Shown here: positions 17,045-27,844 of the stretch, piece by piece | Position numbering within the stretch: the first letter of the stretch is position 1 | Layout: the number at the start of each line of letters is the position of its first letter | Assembly: GCA_963665125.2 (NCBI GenBank) | Contig: CAXXUK010000001.1 | Span: forward strand, 1,984,001 to 2,048,000 | From: an uncultured Desulfarculus sp. | GTDB lineage: Bacteria; Desulfobacterota; Desulfarculia; Desulfarculales; Desulfarculaceae | DNA: 64,000 bases | Direction of reading: 5' to 3' | The notes under the pieces: model-generated | Told to the model about the DNA's origin: nothing | What the model saw: only the letters and a program-made list of their open reading frames with translations | Databases searched by the model: none | Position numbers and translations under genes: made by a program

Positions 17045-17782
17045 TTAATTTAATATTTTAGAACTTTATTATATTATTGTAATGCAAACTCAATTTTTAG
17101 CATGTTCGGCCCTGTTTTGACCAAGGCGAAGGTTGGTGCCGGGAAATTCAGCCGTCTATGTGGTTATGCCAAGTTCCGCGGAGCGCTGTGTCTGTAAACG
17201 GAATGTAACAAGGCAGGGCGCGAAAGCCTTCGCTGTCTGGTTGTTTGGGTCCGCCCCCGTCATCCATGCAACCTGGTGAATGATCTGAGGCATGGCGCGC
17301 CGGTAGTCTGGGGGCCTTGCCTCCGTTTTGGGAAGGCAGGCCACGCCAGGTCCCCGGCGGCGGAAAAAGCCTTGTAACCTAAACCCATTTCAGGCTGGAT
17401 TTGGCCGGGAGGGTTCGTTGTTCGGTGGACCGCGCAATTATTCGCCGGGATCATCATTCATGAGCATCTCAGCGGCCTCTTACGCTCCGGCTGGGCCTGG
17501 CCAACTACCTACAACAATTGGATTCGAGCGGAGGGGATTCAGCGAGAGCGGCGCGGATTTACACGCACCGGGTTAACAAGCCATTGCTCCCTAAACTTTT
17601 CGCAAATATAGGCAATCATGCTTGTCGGCTACCCCCACAGAGTCAACACTGCTGTGAATGAAGGTGGGATCGGTGAGTTAAAACCTGCCCAACTGAGTCT
17701 ACAGCTCACATTGCAAACAATTTTCACTTTGGCCGGCAGTATTAAGGACACTCGTCTTGAAGAGCCGTCACCGTTGCGTTGC

Positions 17783-18184
17783 CATGTTGTCATCCTGGCA
17801 TCAAATCAGTTCAGCGTCCCAAATTACCTTGTTATCTCAAATAGATAATTACCATAGGCAACCATATCAGACAAAAAAGATTTGATTTGCGGCTTGAGCA
17901 GAAGGATGCGGCCCACCTTATCCAGGTATCGGAAAACATGATCTGGAATTGGGAAGCCAACCGAAAGGAACCGACAGTCAGGTAATCCGACTATCATGAA
18001 ATTCTTGGGCTACTGTCCTTGGGAGCCTAACCAGTCCTGGAAGCAATCACTCGAATGCCATCGAATCCATCAAGGGCTGACGCTGGAGCAGTTTGCCCAA
18101 CAGTTGGGTGTTGATCCGGGGACATTGGTTCGACAATTGACAAACGGGCCAACGGCGTATTTCAAAAAGAAGGTTGCGGGCTGA
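17783..18184 (+). pseudogene. Double XRE-HTH regulator remnant
   Basis: TIGNHIRQKRFDLRLEQKDAAHLIQVSENMIWNWEANRKEPTVR* then shifted frame IMKFLGYCP...HRIHQGLTLEQFAQQLGVDPGTL; internal stops and a frameshift. Confidence 0.75.
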
Positions 18185-18820
18185 TGGAGCGCGGGGAGCA
18201 AGAGATTTGACAGAATCTTGGTACAGCAGGCCCATACCTTTACCCGGTGGAAGGACAGGTCATGATTTGGTGGGCGGCCACTGACACGGAAGGCTGCATG
18301 GCCTTGCGCCGGAAGATGAGACGGTCAAACAAGGCGGCTAACATTAATCAATCATTGATCCCGGCGGACCATCCTTTGGTGGCGCTTGTTGTTAGGCCCG
18401 GGGAGTCGGCCCTTCACCGCACTTCCCTCCGATCCGGTGATGTATGCGTCAGCGCCTTATTTTCATACAGGGTTTCCTCCGGCCTTGCAGACAGCCTGCA
18501 CGATTAAATTATTCTAAAAAAATAAGTACGTTCAAAAAATGATTCGCCATGTCCAATAATGCCACCAAAGCGGCTGTTATTTTTTGGGCCGTCCATCCAG
18601 GCGTTTGGAGCCGGCCCGGCGGCCCTGCGTCAGGGAGGCCGCACAAAACCGGCATGTCAGGCCTGGATGACCCGGTGGTTTGGCGGGCCCAAGGAATGTG
18701 GAGGCAATCGGCCCCTTTGGGGCAACAGGCCAGCCTTGCCGGCCTGTTGATTGACTTAACCGGTCCGGCGCTGCCTCCAAATTTGTCCAATCTTTTCTGC
18801 CATTGTAAGGGGACAACGAA

Positions 18821-20923
18821 ATGCGTATGCGAACATACGGCCCGATACTGTTTGTGGTGATGTTTGGATTTCTGGCCTGCGCCAACCTGGCCGCAGCCGA
18901 TAAGGGCCAGACCGGATCTCAGGATCACGACGCGCATAAGCTGGAGGCGGTGATGGTCACCGCGGATAAGACCACCAGCAAGGACGTGAATCAACTTCCC
19001 ATGAGCGTGTCCGCGTTTAGCGGGGATGAGTTGGACGACTACCAGATCAGCCAGGTCGACCAGTTGACCAATCTGATACCCAACGTCAACTATCTGAAAA
19101 TGAATAGCCATTGGACGGAGATCAACTTCCGGGGCATGGGGGCCATGAGCAACATGGTCTACACCAGCTACACCAGCCTGGACGGCGTTTCCATACCCTA
19201 TGGGGGCATTGACGCCTTTTTCGACGTACAGCGCGTCGAGATGGTGCGCGGCGGAGTGGGATCGCTCTTTGGCCGCAACACCCACGCCGGCCATCTCAAC
19301 ATCATCAGCAATGATCCCGGCGACGAATTGAATGCCAAAATCAGGGCCCGCTACGGCAGTTTTAATACTTATGAAGTCCAAGGCGCGGTGGGAGGCCCGG
19401 TCAGCGACAACCTTGGCTTCAGACTGGCGGCGCGTCTCACCGGCACCGACGGCTGGATCGAAAACGACTATTACCACCGCGACGACACCAACGACGGCAC
19501 CCAGGCCTCGGGCAGGGGCAAGATTGTCTTCAATCCCAGCGACACCTGCGGCTTAACCTTTTCCCTGAACGTAGACCGCTTTGATTCGGCCAACGACAAT
19601 TACGCCAACGTGGACAACGGCGGCACCATCCATACCCTAAATAATCTTTTAGGTCATGATGACGGATCAATGGTCTCGCCGGGCCTGCGCTTCAACAAGC
19701 GTTTCGGAGATCTTGAGTTGACCTCCATCACCGCCTATGTGGACACCAACTATGACATGCTGCTGGACCAGGACATGAGCCAACTCGACGCCATCATCCT
19801 GGGTTATCAGGAGGACTACCAGACAATCTCCGAGGAGTTGCGTCTGTCCACTACAGATCAGAATGCCGTTTGGCAATGGATGGGCGGACTGTATCTGATG
19901 CACCAAAAGGGCACCTATGATATGGACTTCAGCTTCGGCTCCCAGGCCGCGGTTTGGGGCGGAGTTCCGGGCATGTACCAAAAATCCTACTCCGAGCTGA
20001 CCACCGACAACGCGGCCCTGTTCGGCCAGGTCCAGTACCGGCCCTGGGCCAAGGTGGAATTGACCGCCGCCCTGAGAATGGATTGGGAAAGGATCAAGGT
20101 GGACTGGAACACCGCGTCCGGCATGAACGGGATTAAATACAGCTCGGATCAGTACGAAGACGAGGAAGATTGGCTGGCTTTCCTGCCCAGGGTGAGCGCC
20201 GCCTATGAGTTAATCCCGGAGCAAAGGATATACGCCACCATCTACCAAGGCTACCGCTCCGGGGCATTTAACGTACTCAGCACCAGCCGAGATGTAATCG
20301 AGCATCAAGTTGATCCGGAATACACCACAACCTATGAGGTCGGCTACAAGGCCGCATTGGCTGACAACCAACTCAACCTGCGCGCGGCGTTGTTTTATGT
20401 TGACTGGCGCGATATTCAACTATCGGTGGTCAAAGACGGCTTGGTAGTCCTGCAAAACGCCGGCAAGGCTCACAGTTACGGCTTGGAAACCGAAGTGAAT
20501 TGGCAACCGCTGCCCGGCCTGAACATTCTGGCCACGCTGGGGCTGATCTCAGCCGAATTTGATGAATACAACGGCCACTCCAGCGGCGAAGACCTCGCCG
20601 GCAACGACATTCCGAACACTCCCAACTTTAAATTCGCCCTGGGCTGCGTCTACCGCCACTCCAGCGGTCTGTTCGGCCAAGCAAACGCTTCCTGGATCGG
20701 CAAGAAATACCTGGAAGAGACCAATGGCTATGAACAGGATGCTTATCTAATGATGGACGCCAAGGTCGGTTATGAGGCCGAACACTGGGCCGTCTATCTC
20801 TGGGGCGAAAACCTGACCGACGAATTGTACGTGACGCGCGCCCTGGATTTCTACGGCACGGGTTACTACGGACGCACCGGCCAGCCGCTGGCGATGGGTG
20901 TCGAATTGGAATGGCGTTTTTAG
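18821..20923 (+). CDS. TonB-dependent receptor, FyuA/siderophore-like
   Basis: Signal peptide, EAVMVTA TonB box, RVEMVRG..SLFGRN, GYRSGAFN, YEVGYK, ends WRF. Confidence 0.95.
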   Translation: MRMRTYGPILFVVMFGFLACANLAAADKGQTGSQDHDAHKLEAVMVTADKTTSKDVNQLPMSVSAFSGDELDDYQISQVDQLTNLIPNVNYLKMNSHWTEINFRGMGAMSNMVYTSYTSLDGVSIPYGGIDAFFDVQRVEMVRGGVGSLFGRNTHAGHLNIISNDPGDELNAKIRARYGSFNTYEVQGAVGGPVSDNLGFRLAARLTGTDGWIENDYYHRDDTNDGTQASGRGKIVFNPSDTCGLTFSLNVDRFDSANDNYANVDNGGTIHTLNNLLGHDDGSMVSPGLRFNKRFGDLELTSITAYVDTNYDMLLDQDMSQLDAIILGYQEDYQTISEELRLSTTDQNAVWQWMGGLYLMHQKGTYDMDFSFGSQAAVWGGVPGMYQKSYSELTTDNAALFGQVQYRPWAKVELTAALRMDWERIKVDWNTASGMNGIKYSSDQYEDEEDWLAFLPRVSAAYELIPEQRIYATIYQGYRSGAFNVLSTSRDVIEHQVDPEYTTTYEVGYKAALADNQLNLRAALFYVDWRDIQLSVVKDGLVVLQNAGKAHSYGLETEVNWQPLPGLNILATLGLISAEFDEYNGHSSGEDLAGNDIPNTPNFKFALGCVYRHSSGLFGQANASWIGKKYLEETNGYEQDAYLMMDAKVGYEAEHWAVYLWGENLTDELYVTRALDFYGTGYYGRTGQPLAMGVELEWRF

Positions 20924-20972
20924 CCGCTCGCTGAAATATGCCGGATTGCGTCCTTAAGAAAGGCTCTTTTAC

Positions 20973-21596
20973 ATGACCAACATATTGACCAAGTTCATCA
21001 ATTCAACCGCAAGGCGCCCCGAAGGCAAATGGGCCCGCCAATACTACGGCGAACCCAAGTCCCACATGAAATCCTTTGATCAGACTCTGGAGAGGCTCGA
21101 ACCCAGGCCCGATGACATCCATCTGGAGATTGGCTGCGGGGGGGGCTACTTTTTGGGCATGATTCAGCCGCGGGTGGCTCGGGTGGCGGCCCTGGACCAC
21201 AGCCCGGAGATGGTGGAGACGGCCCGGCAGGCCAACCGCCTGGCCGTGGACGCCGGGCTGGCCGAGATCGTCCAGGGCGACGCAGAGCACCTGCCCTGGC
21301 CGGACAACACCTTCACCTGTTCGGCCAACACCTCCATGTGGTTTTTTCTGGAGCGGCCCGGCCTGGTCCTGGCCGAACTGCACCGGGTGCTCAAGCCCGG
21401 CGGACGCCTGGTCATCACCACCATCCGCCGCTCATGGTTCAACCGCCTGGTCTGGGCCATTTACAGCCTGCGTCTCTACAGCAACCGGCAGATGGAGCAG
21501 ATGCTCCAAGAAAACGGCTTTTGTGATATCCGGGTGATCACCAAGGGCTTCGTGGGACAGATCGCCACGGCCTGCAAACCGGCGGACCAAATCTAG
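20973..21596 (+). CDS. Class I SAM-dependent methyltransferase
   Basis: LEIGCGGG, ALDHSPEM, GDAEHLPW, RVLKPGG. Confidence 0.9.
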   Translation: MTNILTKFINSTARRPEGKWARQYYGEPKSHMKSFDQTLERLEPRPDDIHLEIGCGGGYFLGMIQPRVARVAALDHSPEMVETARQANRLAVDAGLAEIVQGDAEHLPWPDNTFTCSANTSMWFFLERPGLVLAELHRVLKPGGRLVITTIRRSWFNRLVWAIYSLRLYSNRQMEQMLQENGFCDIRVITKGFVGQIATACKPADQI

Positions 21597-21613
21597 GCGG
21601 AAGCAGGCCAACC

Positions 21614-22831
21614 ATGCACGCGCACAAAAAATACATTTTGCTCTCGGGCCTTTATATCTCGCAAACCCTGCCCGGGCATTTTTTCAACAATGTGTTTCCG
21701 GTGATAATGCGCAGCCAGGGGGCCAGCCTGGCCAGTATCGGTTTTTTGCAGATTATCGCCCTGCCTTGGCTGATCAAGTTTATGTGGGCTCCCCTGGTGG
21801 ACCGGGCGACAGGCCCCGGCGGACGTTACGCCAGGGCCATCGTGTTGTTGCAGCTCATGTTTTGCCTGAGCACGGCAAGCCTGGCCTTCATGGGGCTGGA
21901 GCGTCACCTGCCCCTGGTGCTGGGTCTGATGACCCTGTCCTACGTCTTCGCCGCCACCCAGGATATCGCCACCGATGCCCTGGCCGTGCGTTTGTTGGAC
22001 GAGGAACAAAGGGGCCCCGGCAACGCCGCCCAAACCGGCGGCAACATGCTGGGAGCCCTGTTGGGCTCCGGCGGGGGGCTTATCCTTTACCAATATATGG
22101 GGTGGGCCGGGGTGATGCTGGCCATGGCCGGGGTTCTGTTGCTGCCGCTGGCCCCCTTGGGCTGGCTGGAGCCCTCCATCCCCATGCGCGGCAGCGGCTT
22201 TGGCGCCGGCGCCCCCATGGGCTTGTTGGGGTTTTTCCGGCAGCAAGGAGCCGGGCGCTGGTCCCTGATGATGCTGGCCTCCTACGGCGGCAGCATGGCT
22301 TGCATCACGATGGCCAAACCCCTGATGGTTGATCTGGGTTTTTCAGCGTTACGCATCGGCCTATTGACCGGCATTTACGGCGTGGGCGTGGGCCTGTTGG
22401 GTGCGGTGGCAGCAGGCTGGCTGATTCCCAAACTGGGCCGCCGGGCCACCCTGCGCGGCGGTTGTCTGCTAAACACCCTGGCCGCCCTGGGCATGTTGCC
22501 CCTGGCCCAGGGCTTTTGCGCCACATCCTATCTGTTGCCGGCCATAGGGCTGGGCAGCATCGGATTTGCCGCCACCATGACAGCCGTCAACACCATTGCC
22601 ATGGACTTCACCCGGCCTGGCCACGAAGGCACGGACTACAGCCTGCAGATAGCCATCTCCATGATCGGCGGCGGTGTGATAATGGGCCTTGGCGGCTGGC
22701 TTACCCAGGAAGTGGGTTATTTCAATATGTTTTTACTCTGCGCCGCACTTTGTCTGGCAGCCGCGGTCCTGGTCTCGCCGCTCTACAGCCGCCCACGGGC
22801 CGCAGCTCCGAGAGAGGCGCCGAGCGTATGA
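21614..22831 (+). CDS. MFS transporter, AmpG/RhtX/FptX family
   Basis: LPWLIKFMWAPLVD, ATQDIATDALA, GTDYSLQ. Confidence 0.9.
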   Translation: MHAHKKYILLSGLYISQTLPGHFFNNVFPVIMRSQGASLASIGFLQIIALPWLIKFMWAPLVDRATGPGGRYARAIVLLQLMFCLSTASLAFMGLERHLPLVLGLMTLSYVFAATQDIATDALAVRLLDEEQRGPGNAAQTGGNMLGALLGSGGGLILYQYMGWAGVMLAMAGVLLLPLAPLGWLEPSIPMRGSGFGAGAPMGLLGFFRQQGAGRWSLMMLASYGGSMACITMAKPLMVDLGFSALRIGLLTGIYGVGVGLLGAVAAGWLIPKLGRRATLRGGCLLNTLAALGMLPLAQGFCATSYLLPAIGLGSIGFAATMTAVNTIAMDFTRPGHEGTDYSLQIAISMIGGGVIMGLGGWLTQEVGYFNMFLLCAALCLAAAVLVSPLYSRPRAAAPREAPSV

Positions 22832-24627
22832 ATCCGCAAGAAGACCACCCTGCATCCGAGCTTTCCTTGGGCTGGATTTTTCGCCACAACAGAGTCGCCC
22901 TGGCTTTTGCCCTGTTTTGGTCCGTACTGTCCGAGGCGGCTGGCTTTCTAATTATTGCCGCTGTGTGTCTGGCGGTCTTTTGGGCCATTGACGGCACTTT
23001 TACGACCCAAGGAATGGCGAAAGCCCTTTGGTTGGCCGCCTGGCTGGTGGGAGCTATTGTTATCAAGGGGTTGGGAGCGTACCTGTCCACAGCGTCAGCT
23101 CACAAAGTGGCCTTTGAGTTTCTAAGGCAGACCCGCTGGCGCCTGGCCAAACACCTCGCTGAATTGCCCCTGGGCGCCTTTGACCAGCACAATACAGGCC
23201 AGATGAAGAAAATTCTGTGGGAGGACGTGGAGCGCCTGGAGGCTTTCATTGCCCACAACATCCCCGATGTCTTGGCGTCGGCCATCAACTTGGCCTTGGC
23301 GGCCGGATTGCTCATTGCTTTGGATTGGCGAGTCGGCCTTGCCGCCGTGGGGGTGGCTTTGGGCTGCGTTGCGGCCTACGGTATGGCCACCGGCAGGCAC
23401 CGTGAGCTGTACAAGCGGTGGTGCCTGGCCAACGAAGACCTCAACGCTGCCATGATCGAATACATCCAAGGCATGCCGGCCATCAAGGCCTTTAACAGGC
23501 CCTCGCATTTTTTCGCCGCCCTGGGCCGGGCCATTGACCTTTGCGCCAGCCTGGAAAAGGAGTTGGCAGCCAAATGGTACTGGCCCATGACCGTTTTTTC
23601 GGTGGGCTCACGGGCCTGCCTTGTAGCCATCTTGCCTTTGGGAGGCTGGCTGTACCTGCAAGGGGACGTTTCCGCCGGTGTGTTGATCTTGCTGATGCTG
23701 CTTGGCCTGCACTTTGGGTCCGGTTTTTTGTCCCTGATTTTCTTTGGGGCCAGCATGGAGCAAAACGAAGCAGGCATCAGCCGCATAAACGCCCTGTTGG
23801 CCAGCCCGGCCATGCCCGAGCCGGTCCATGGCCTTGAGCCCAATGGCGTCCTGAATGGGCATGAATTGACATTTTCCTATCCGCATGGCCCCATGGCCCT
23901 GCGAGGCGTTGACTTTTCGGCCAGGGCCGGTGGAATGTTGGCCCTGGTGGGCCCGTCCGGATCGGGCAAGACCACCCTGGCCCGGCTCATGGCCCGTTTT
24001 TGGGACCCGGACCAAGGTCAGGTGCTGTTCGGCAAGGTGGACGCCAGGCAAATCCAATGGCCCCGCCTGATGCGGTGGATTGCGTTCGTGTTTCAAGACG
24101 CCCATCTTTTCAGCGGCACCATTGCCGAAAACATTGCCATGGGCGCTCCGGAGGCAGGCCGTCCGGAGATCGAGGCCCGCGCCCGCCAGGCCCAATGCCA
24201 TGAGTTCATTGCCCGTCTGCCCCAGGGCTATGACACCCTCATCGGCGAGGGGGGCGTGCGGCTTTCCGGAGGCGAGGCCCAGCGGGTGTGTATAGCCAGG
24301 GCCCTGCTCAAGGACGCGCCGGTGGTCATCCTGGACGAGGCGACCTCGTTTCTGGACCCCCTCTGCGAGGCCCAGGTGCAACAGGCCGTCTCGCGTCTGT
24401 GCCAGGGCAAGACCGTGGTGGTGATCGCGCACCGCCTGGAGACCGTGACCGCCGTGGATCAGATAATCGTATTGGAACGGGGAAGGGCCGTGGCCCGGGG
24501 AACCCACGGCCAATTGCTGGAGCAAAGTCCGCTTTACGCCAAGCTGTGGGCCTCCCGGCAAGAAGCCGCATCCTGGAAGGCGAGCCCGGCGGGCCTTGTG
24601 ACAAACCTGCCCCTAGGTGAGTTGTAG
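22828..24627 (+). CDS. ABC transporter permease/ATPase, YbtP/IrtA-like
   Basis: AHKVAF, DVERLEAFIAH, EYIQGM, GPSGSGKT, LSGGEAQR; start MNPQ overlaps MFS stop. Confidence 0.9.
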   Translation: MNPQEDHPASELSLGWIFRHNRVALAFALFWSVLSEAAGFLIIAAVCLAVFWAIDGTFTTQGMAKALWLAAWLVGAIVIKGLGAYLSTASAHKVAFEFLRQTRWRLAKHLAELPLGAFDQHNTGQMKKILWEDVERLEAFIAHNIPDVLASAINLALAAGLLIALDWRVGLAAVGVALGCVAAYGMATGRHRELYKRWCLANEDLNAAMIEYIQGMPAIKAFNRPSHFFAALGRAIDLCASLEKELAAKWYWPMTVFSVGSRACLVAILPLGGWLYLQGDVSAGVLILLMLLGLHFGSGFLSLIFFGASMEQNEAGISRINALLASPAMPEPVHGLEPNGVLNGHELTFSYPHGPMALRGVDFSARAGGMLALVGPSGSGKTTLARLMARFWDPDQGQVLFGKVDARQIQWPRLMRWIAFVFQDAHLFSGTIAENIAMGAPEAGRPEIEARARQAQCHEFIARLPQGYDTLIGEGGVRLSGGEAQRVCIARALLKDAPVVILDEATSFLDPLCEAQVQQAVSRLCQGKTVVVIAHRLETVTAVDQIIVLERGRAVARGTHGQLLEQSPLYAKLWASRQEAASWKASPAGLVTNLPLGEL

Positions 24628-24628
24628 T

Positions 24629-26398
24629 ATGTTCGGTGCATTAAAATTTTTATGGGAACTGGCCCCGCAGTGCCGCCGGGAATTTCTGCTGGCCTCGTTG
24701 TTGAAGTTGCTGGAGGCCGTGGCCAACACGGCCGGGCTGGCCATTTTCCTTTTTGTCATGGCCGATGTATTGACCGGCGGACTGACGGGTCAGGCCCTGG
24801 CGTTTTATTCGGGGCTGTTTGCGGCCTGCCTTGCGGCCCAGCTTGTGCTGTTCTATCTGTTTTGCCGCATGGCCTACCCGGCCGGGGTGGAGCTTGCCAC
24901 GGTGCTGCGCCTCAAGCTGGGGGCACACCTGCCCAAGCTTTCCCTGGGCTTTTTCAGTTCCGCCAGCGCGGGGCGCTTGAGCTCGGTGGCGGCCGACGAG
25001 TTGATGATGAGCGAGCATTTGCCCACGATGGTGCTGCCTCAGATCATAACGGCGGCGGCCATCCCAATGCTGACCCTGGGCCTGATCTGCTGGTTTGACT
25101 GGCGGCTGGGTCTTGCGGCCATGGCCGTATTGCCCTTTGCGTTGTGGTTGTTCCGCCGGGGCCAAGGATCGCTGAGCGTTCAGTTGGAGCGGCGGGCCCG
25201 TCTTTCCCGGGAGTTGAACCAACAATTGGTTGAGTACATCCAGGGAATGGAGACCCTGCGGGCTTACGACAGAACCGGCATGTACCTGGCCGGGCTGGGT
25301 GAGCTGTTTGCGGTTTTCAGGGATCAAAATACAACATTGGCCCGTAGTGCGCCGGTGTATATGTTGGGAGGCAGCGCCATCCTGGCCTTGGCCCCGGTGG
25401 CGGTGCTGATCCCGGGGTGTTATCTGCTGCTGGGAGGACAAATCACGGCTGCCACTTTGGTGTCGTGCCTGGTCATTGGCCTGTATTCCTATGAACCCAT
25501 CAAGGGTATGGGCTTGGCCGTGGAGATGTACAAATTATGCGAGCCCGGGTTGGCCGAACTGAAAAAGGTGCTGGATACGCCCGCCCTGCCTACGCCGCCG
25601 TCCCCCAAATCACCCCGGAACCATGACATCACCATCAAGGATGTCAGCTTCTCCTATGGCTCCCGCAGGGTGTTCAACAAGATTTCTTTCACGGCCAAGG
25701 CGGGTGAACTCACCGCCCTTGTGGGGCCGTCAGGGGCTGGCAAAAGCACTTTGATCAACCTGGTGGCCCGGATGTGGGATGTTGAACAAGGCGCGGTGTT
25801 GATCGGCGGGGTGGACATCCGCCAGATAGACCCGGCGGAACTGAACAAGGCCGTAAGCATGGTTTTCCAGGACGTGCGCCTGTTCAATGACACCGTTTTC
25901 AGCAACATCGCCCTGGGCCGGGAGGGGGCAAGCCGCCAAGAGGTGCTGGAGGCGGCCCAAAAGGCCGGCGCCCATGAATTTATCATGGATCTACCCGAGC
26001 AATACGAGACCATGATCGGCGAGGGGGGCGGCCGCCTTTCCCGGGGTCAAAGCCAGCGCATCGCCATTGCCAGGGCCCTGCTCAAGGACTCGCCCATCTT
26101 GTTATTGGACGAAGCCACCGCCTCGTTGGACCCGGAAAATCAAGGCGCTGTCCAAAAAGCCTTGGTTTCGCTGGTGCAGGATCGGACCGTGGTGGTCATT
26201 GCCCATCGCCTGGAGACAATAACCGGGGCCGATTCCATTGTGGTACTCGATGGCGGCGGTTCGGCAACGGCCATAGGGCGTCATTCTGATTTACTGAGGG
26301 ATTGCCCGTTGTATCGCGGCCTTTGGGAAGCCAGAATGCGGGCTGGCGGCTGGCGGCTCGGCTATGGAAGGACAGAGGTGGACTCGGAGTGTGGCTGA
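24629..26398 (+). CDS. ABC transporter permease/ATPase, YbtQ/IrtB-like
   Basis: LRLKLGAHLPKLSLGFF, EYIQGM, GPSGAGKS, LLDEATASLDPEN; signature LSRGQ. Confidence 0.9.
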   Translation: MFGALKFLWELAPQCRREFLLASLLKLLEAVANTAGLAIFLFVMADVLTGGLTGQALAFYSGLFAACLAAQLVLFYLFCRMAYPAGVELATVLRLKLGAHLPKLSLGFFSSASAGRLSSVAADELMMSEHLPTMVLPQIITAAAIPMLTLGLICWFDWRLGLAAMAVLPFALWLFRRGQGSLSVQLERRARLSRELNQQLVEYIQGMETLRAYDRTGMYLAGLGELFAVFRDQNTTLARSAPVYMLGGSAILALAPVAVLIPGCYLLLGGQITAATLVSCLVIGLYSYEPIKGMGLAVEMYKLCEPGLAELKKVLDTPALPTPPSPKSPRNHDITIKDVSFSYGSRRVFNKISFTAKAGELTALVGPSGAGKSTLINLVARMWDVEQGAVLIGGVDIRQIDPAELNKAVSMVFQDVRLFNDTVFSNIALGREGASRQEVLEAAQKAGAHEFIMDLPEQYETMIGEGGGRLSRGQSQRIAIARALLKDSPILLLDEATASLDPENQGAVQKALVSLVQDRTVVVIAHRLETITGADSIVVLDGGGSATAIGRHSDLLRDCPLYRGLWEARMRAGGWRLGYGRTEVDSECG

Positions 26399-26410
26399 GA
26401 AATACCGGCC

Positions 26411-27415
26411 TCAACCGCGCCGGGAGCGGCGAAACTCGCCCGGCGTGACCCCGAAATGCCTCTTGAAGCAGCGGTTGAGATGGCTTTGGTCGCTGAAACC
26501 GGACCGCAAGGCAACCTCGGCGAGGGGGCAGCCGCTGTCCAACAACTCCTTGGCCTTATGCAGGCGGGCCTGGCGCAGCCATTCAAAGGCGGTCAGGCCG
26601 CAGGTCTGTTTAAAGCAGCGGTTGAGTTTGCTGTGGCTCATGCCGGCTTCGCGGGACATGTCCAACAGGGATGGCGGGTTCTGAAGGTTGGTTCTGAGCA
26701 TTTCCAACGCCCGTTGAACACCGGCCTTGTCGGCGCTGTCCATGGCCCGGACCGGGCAGGAGGAGCCTGGAGATTGGATAAGCTGCTCAATTTGAAGGCT
26801 GAGCAGTTCAAGGGCCTTGGCCTCGGCATACAGACCGGCGCATGGCGCCCCCTGGCGGATGGACAGAATGTCGTGCAGCACGCCGTTCATGCGGGCCGTT
26901 ATGGTAGAGGGCAGTACAAAACCGGAGCAAGACGGCCCGCCCCGGGCCAGGTCCCGTAACTGGCAGGGCAGACACGGGAGGGCTTCTCCGGCCAACTCAC
27001 CGAAAAGCTGGGGTGAAACATCCACAGCGACGGCAAGGACTTGGCAATTTGCCTGGTAGTGACCCTGGGAATTGGTGTGGGGAAGGTACATGACCCCGCC
27101 GTTGCCGGCCCCATTCGGAGCGTTGAAAAAGCACCTTTGTCCCTGGTATACCACCGTATGCATGTGCCCCTTGATCAGATAACCAAAATGAATGGGAGCG
27201 GTCTCGCGCGAAAAAAACAGGGTCATGTCCTGTTTGGGCCGGAAGTCCTGGACAGTTAGCTCCAATCCCTCCCGCAGGGATAAATACGCCAGGGACTCAA
27301 CGGCCGTTTCGGTTTGGCACTCGCCTCCGGTCCTGCCCATGCATCCCCGTAGATCGGCGGATTGCGCTGTTGATTGCCCTTTTGATGCGTATTTGAACGT
27401 AGTATTGGAAGCCAT
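26411..27415 (-). CDS. AraC-family regulator (PchR/YbtA-like)
   Basis: EAKALELL, NPPSLLDM, GFSDQSHLNRCFKRHFGVTP. Confidence 0.92.
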   Translation of the reverse strand: MASNTTFKYASKGQSTAQSADLRGCMGRTGGECQTETAVESLAYLSLREGLELTVQDFRPKQDMTLFFSRETAPIHFGYLIKGHMHTVVYQGQRCFFNAPNGAGNGGVMYLPHTNSQGHYQANCQVLAVAVDVSPQLFGELAGEALPCLPCQLRDLARGGPSCSGFVLPSTITARMNGVLHDILSIRQGAPCAGLYAEAKALELLSLQIEQLIQSPGSSCPVRAMDSADKAGVQRALEMLRTNLQNPPSLLDMSREAGMSHSKLNRCFKQTCGLTAFEWLRQARLHKAKELLDSGCPLAEVALRSGFSDQSHLNRCFKRHFGVTPGEFRRSRRG

Positions 27416-27844
27416 TTATTTAATTGATAAATTACCTTCTTTGCAGCAATCCCGGCCAGGGGTGCTGTAAAGAAGCGGTTGATAATCCGGCGGAGCAGTT
27501 TATCCATTACTATTAAATTAGAATAAACATACATATTATTAAATAACTAATCAAGCCTTTGTCATCCGCCAAGCCGCTCGCGGCAATTTGAAGATGTCCA
27601 AAATTTCCAGTAAGGAGCTGATAGACGGCCCTGATCGGCCTCTGGGTTGGGTTTTCATTTTTGCGGACCAAAGCGGGAAAACGGTCACAAAGGCTCAGGA
27701 TCCCGCCGGGCTTTCCCTATAAGCCTGGATAGAATCAATGGTTCCCGGCCCTGCAATGGCCGGCGTTTCTCCCCAGGCGCCCTTGCCGCGCCCGGGGAGC
27801 ATGTCCCCGGCTGTGCACAAAGCTTCAAGCCGGTGAGCTGGCCA

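Noticed and set aside
17190..17250. c-di-GMP or other riboswitch (GCGAAAGCC)
   Set aside because: Conserved GGCAAA/GAAA tetraloop architecture not found
17156..17457. Possible response-regulator remnant (GYKAFSAA, MTG)
   Set aside because: Similarity too fragmentary to support
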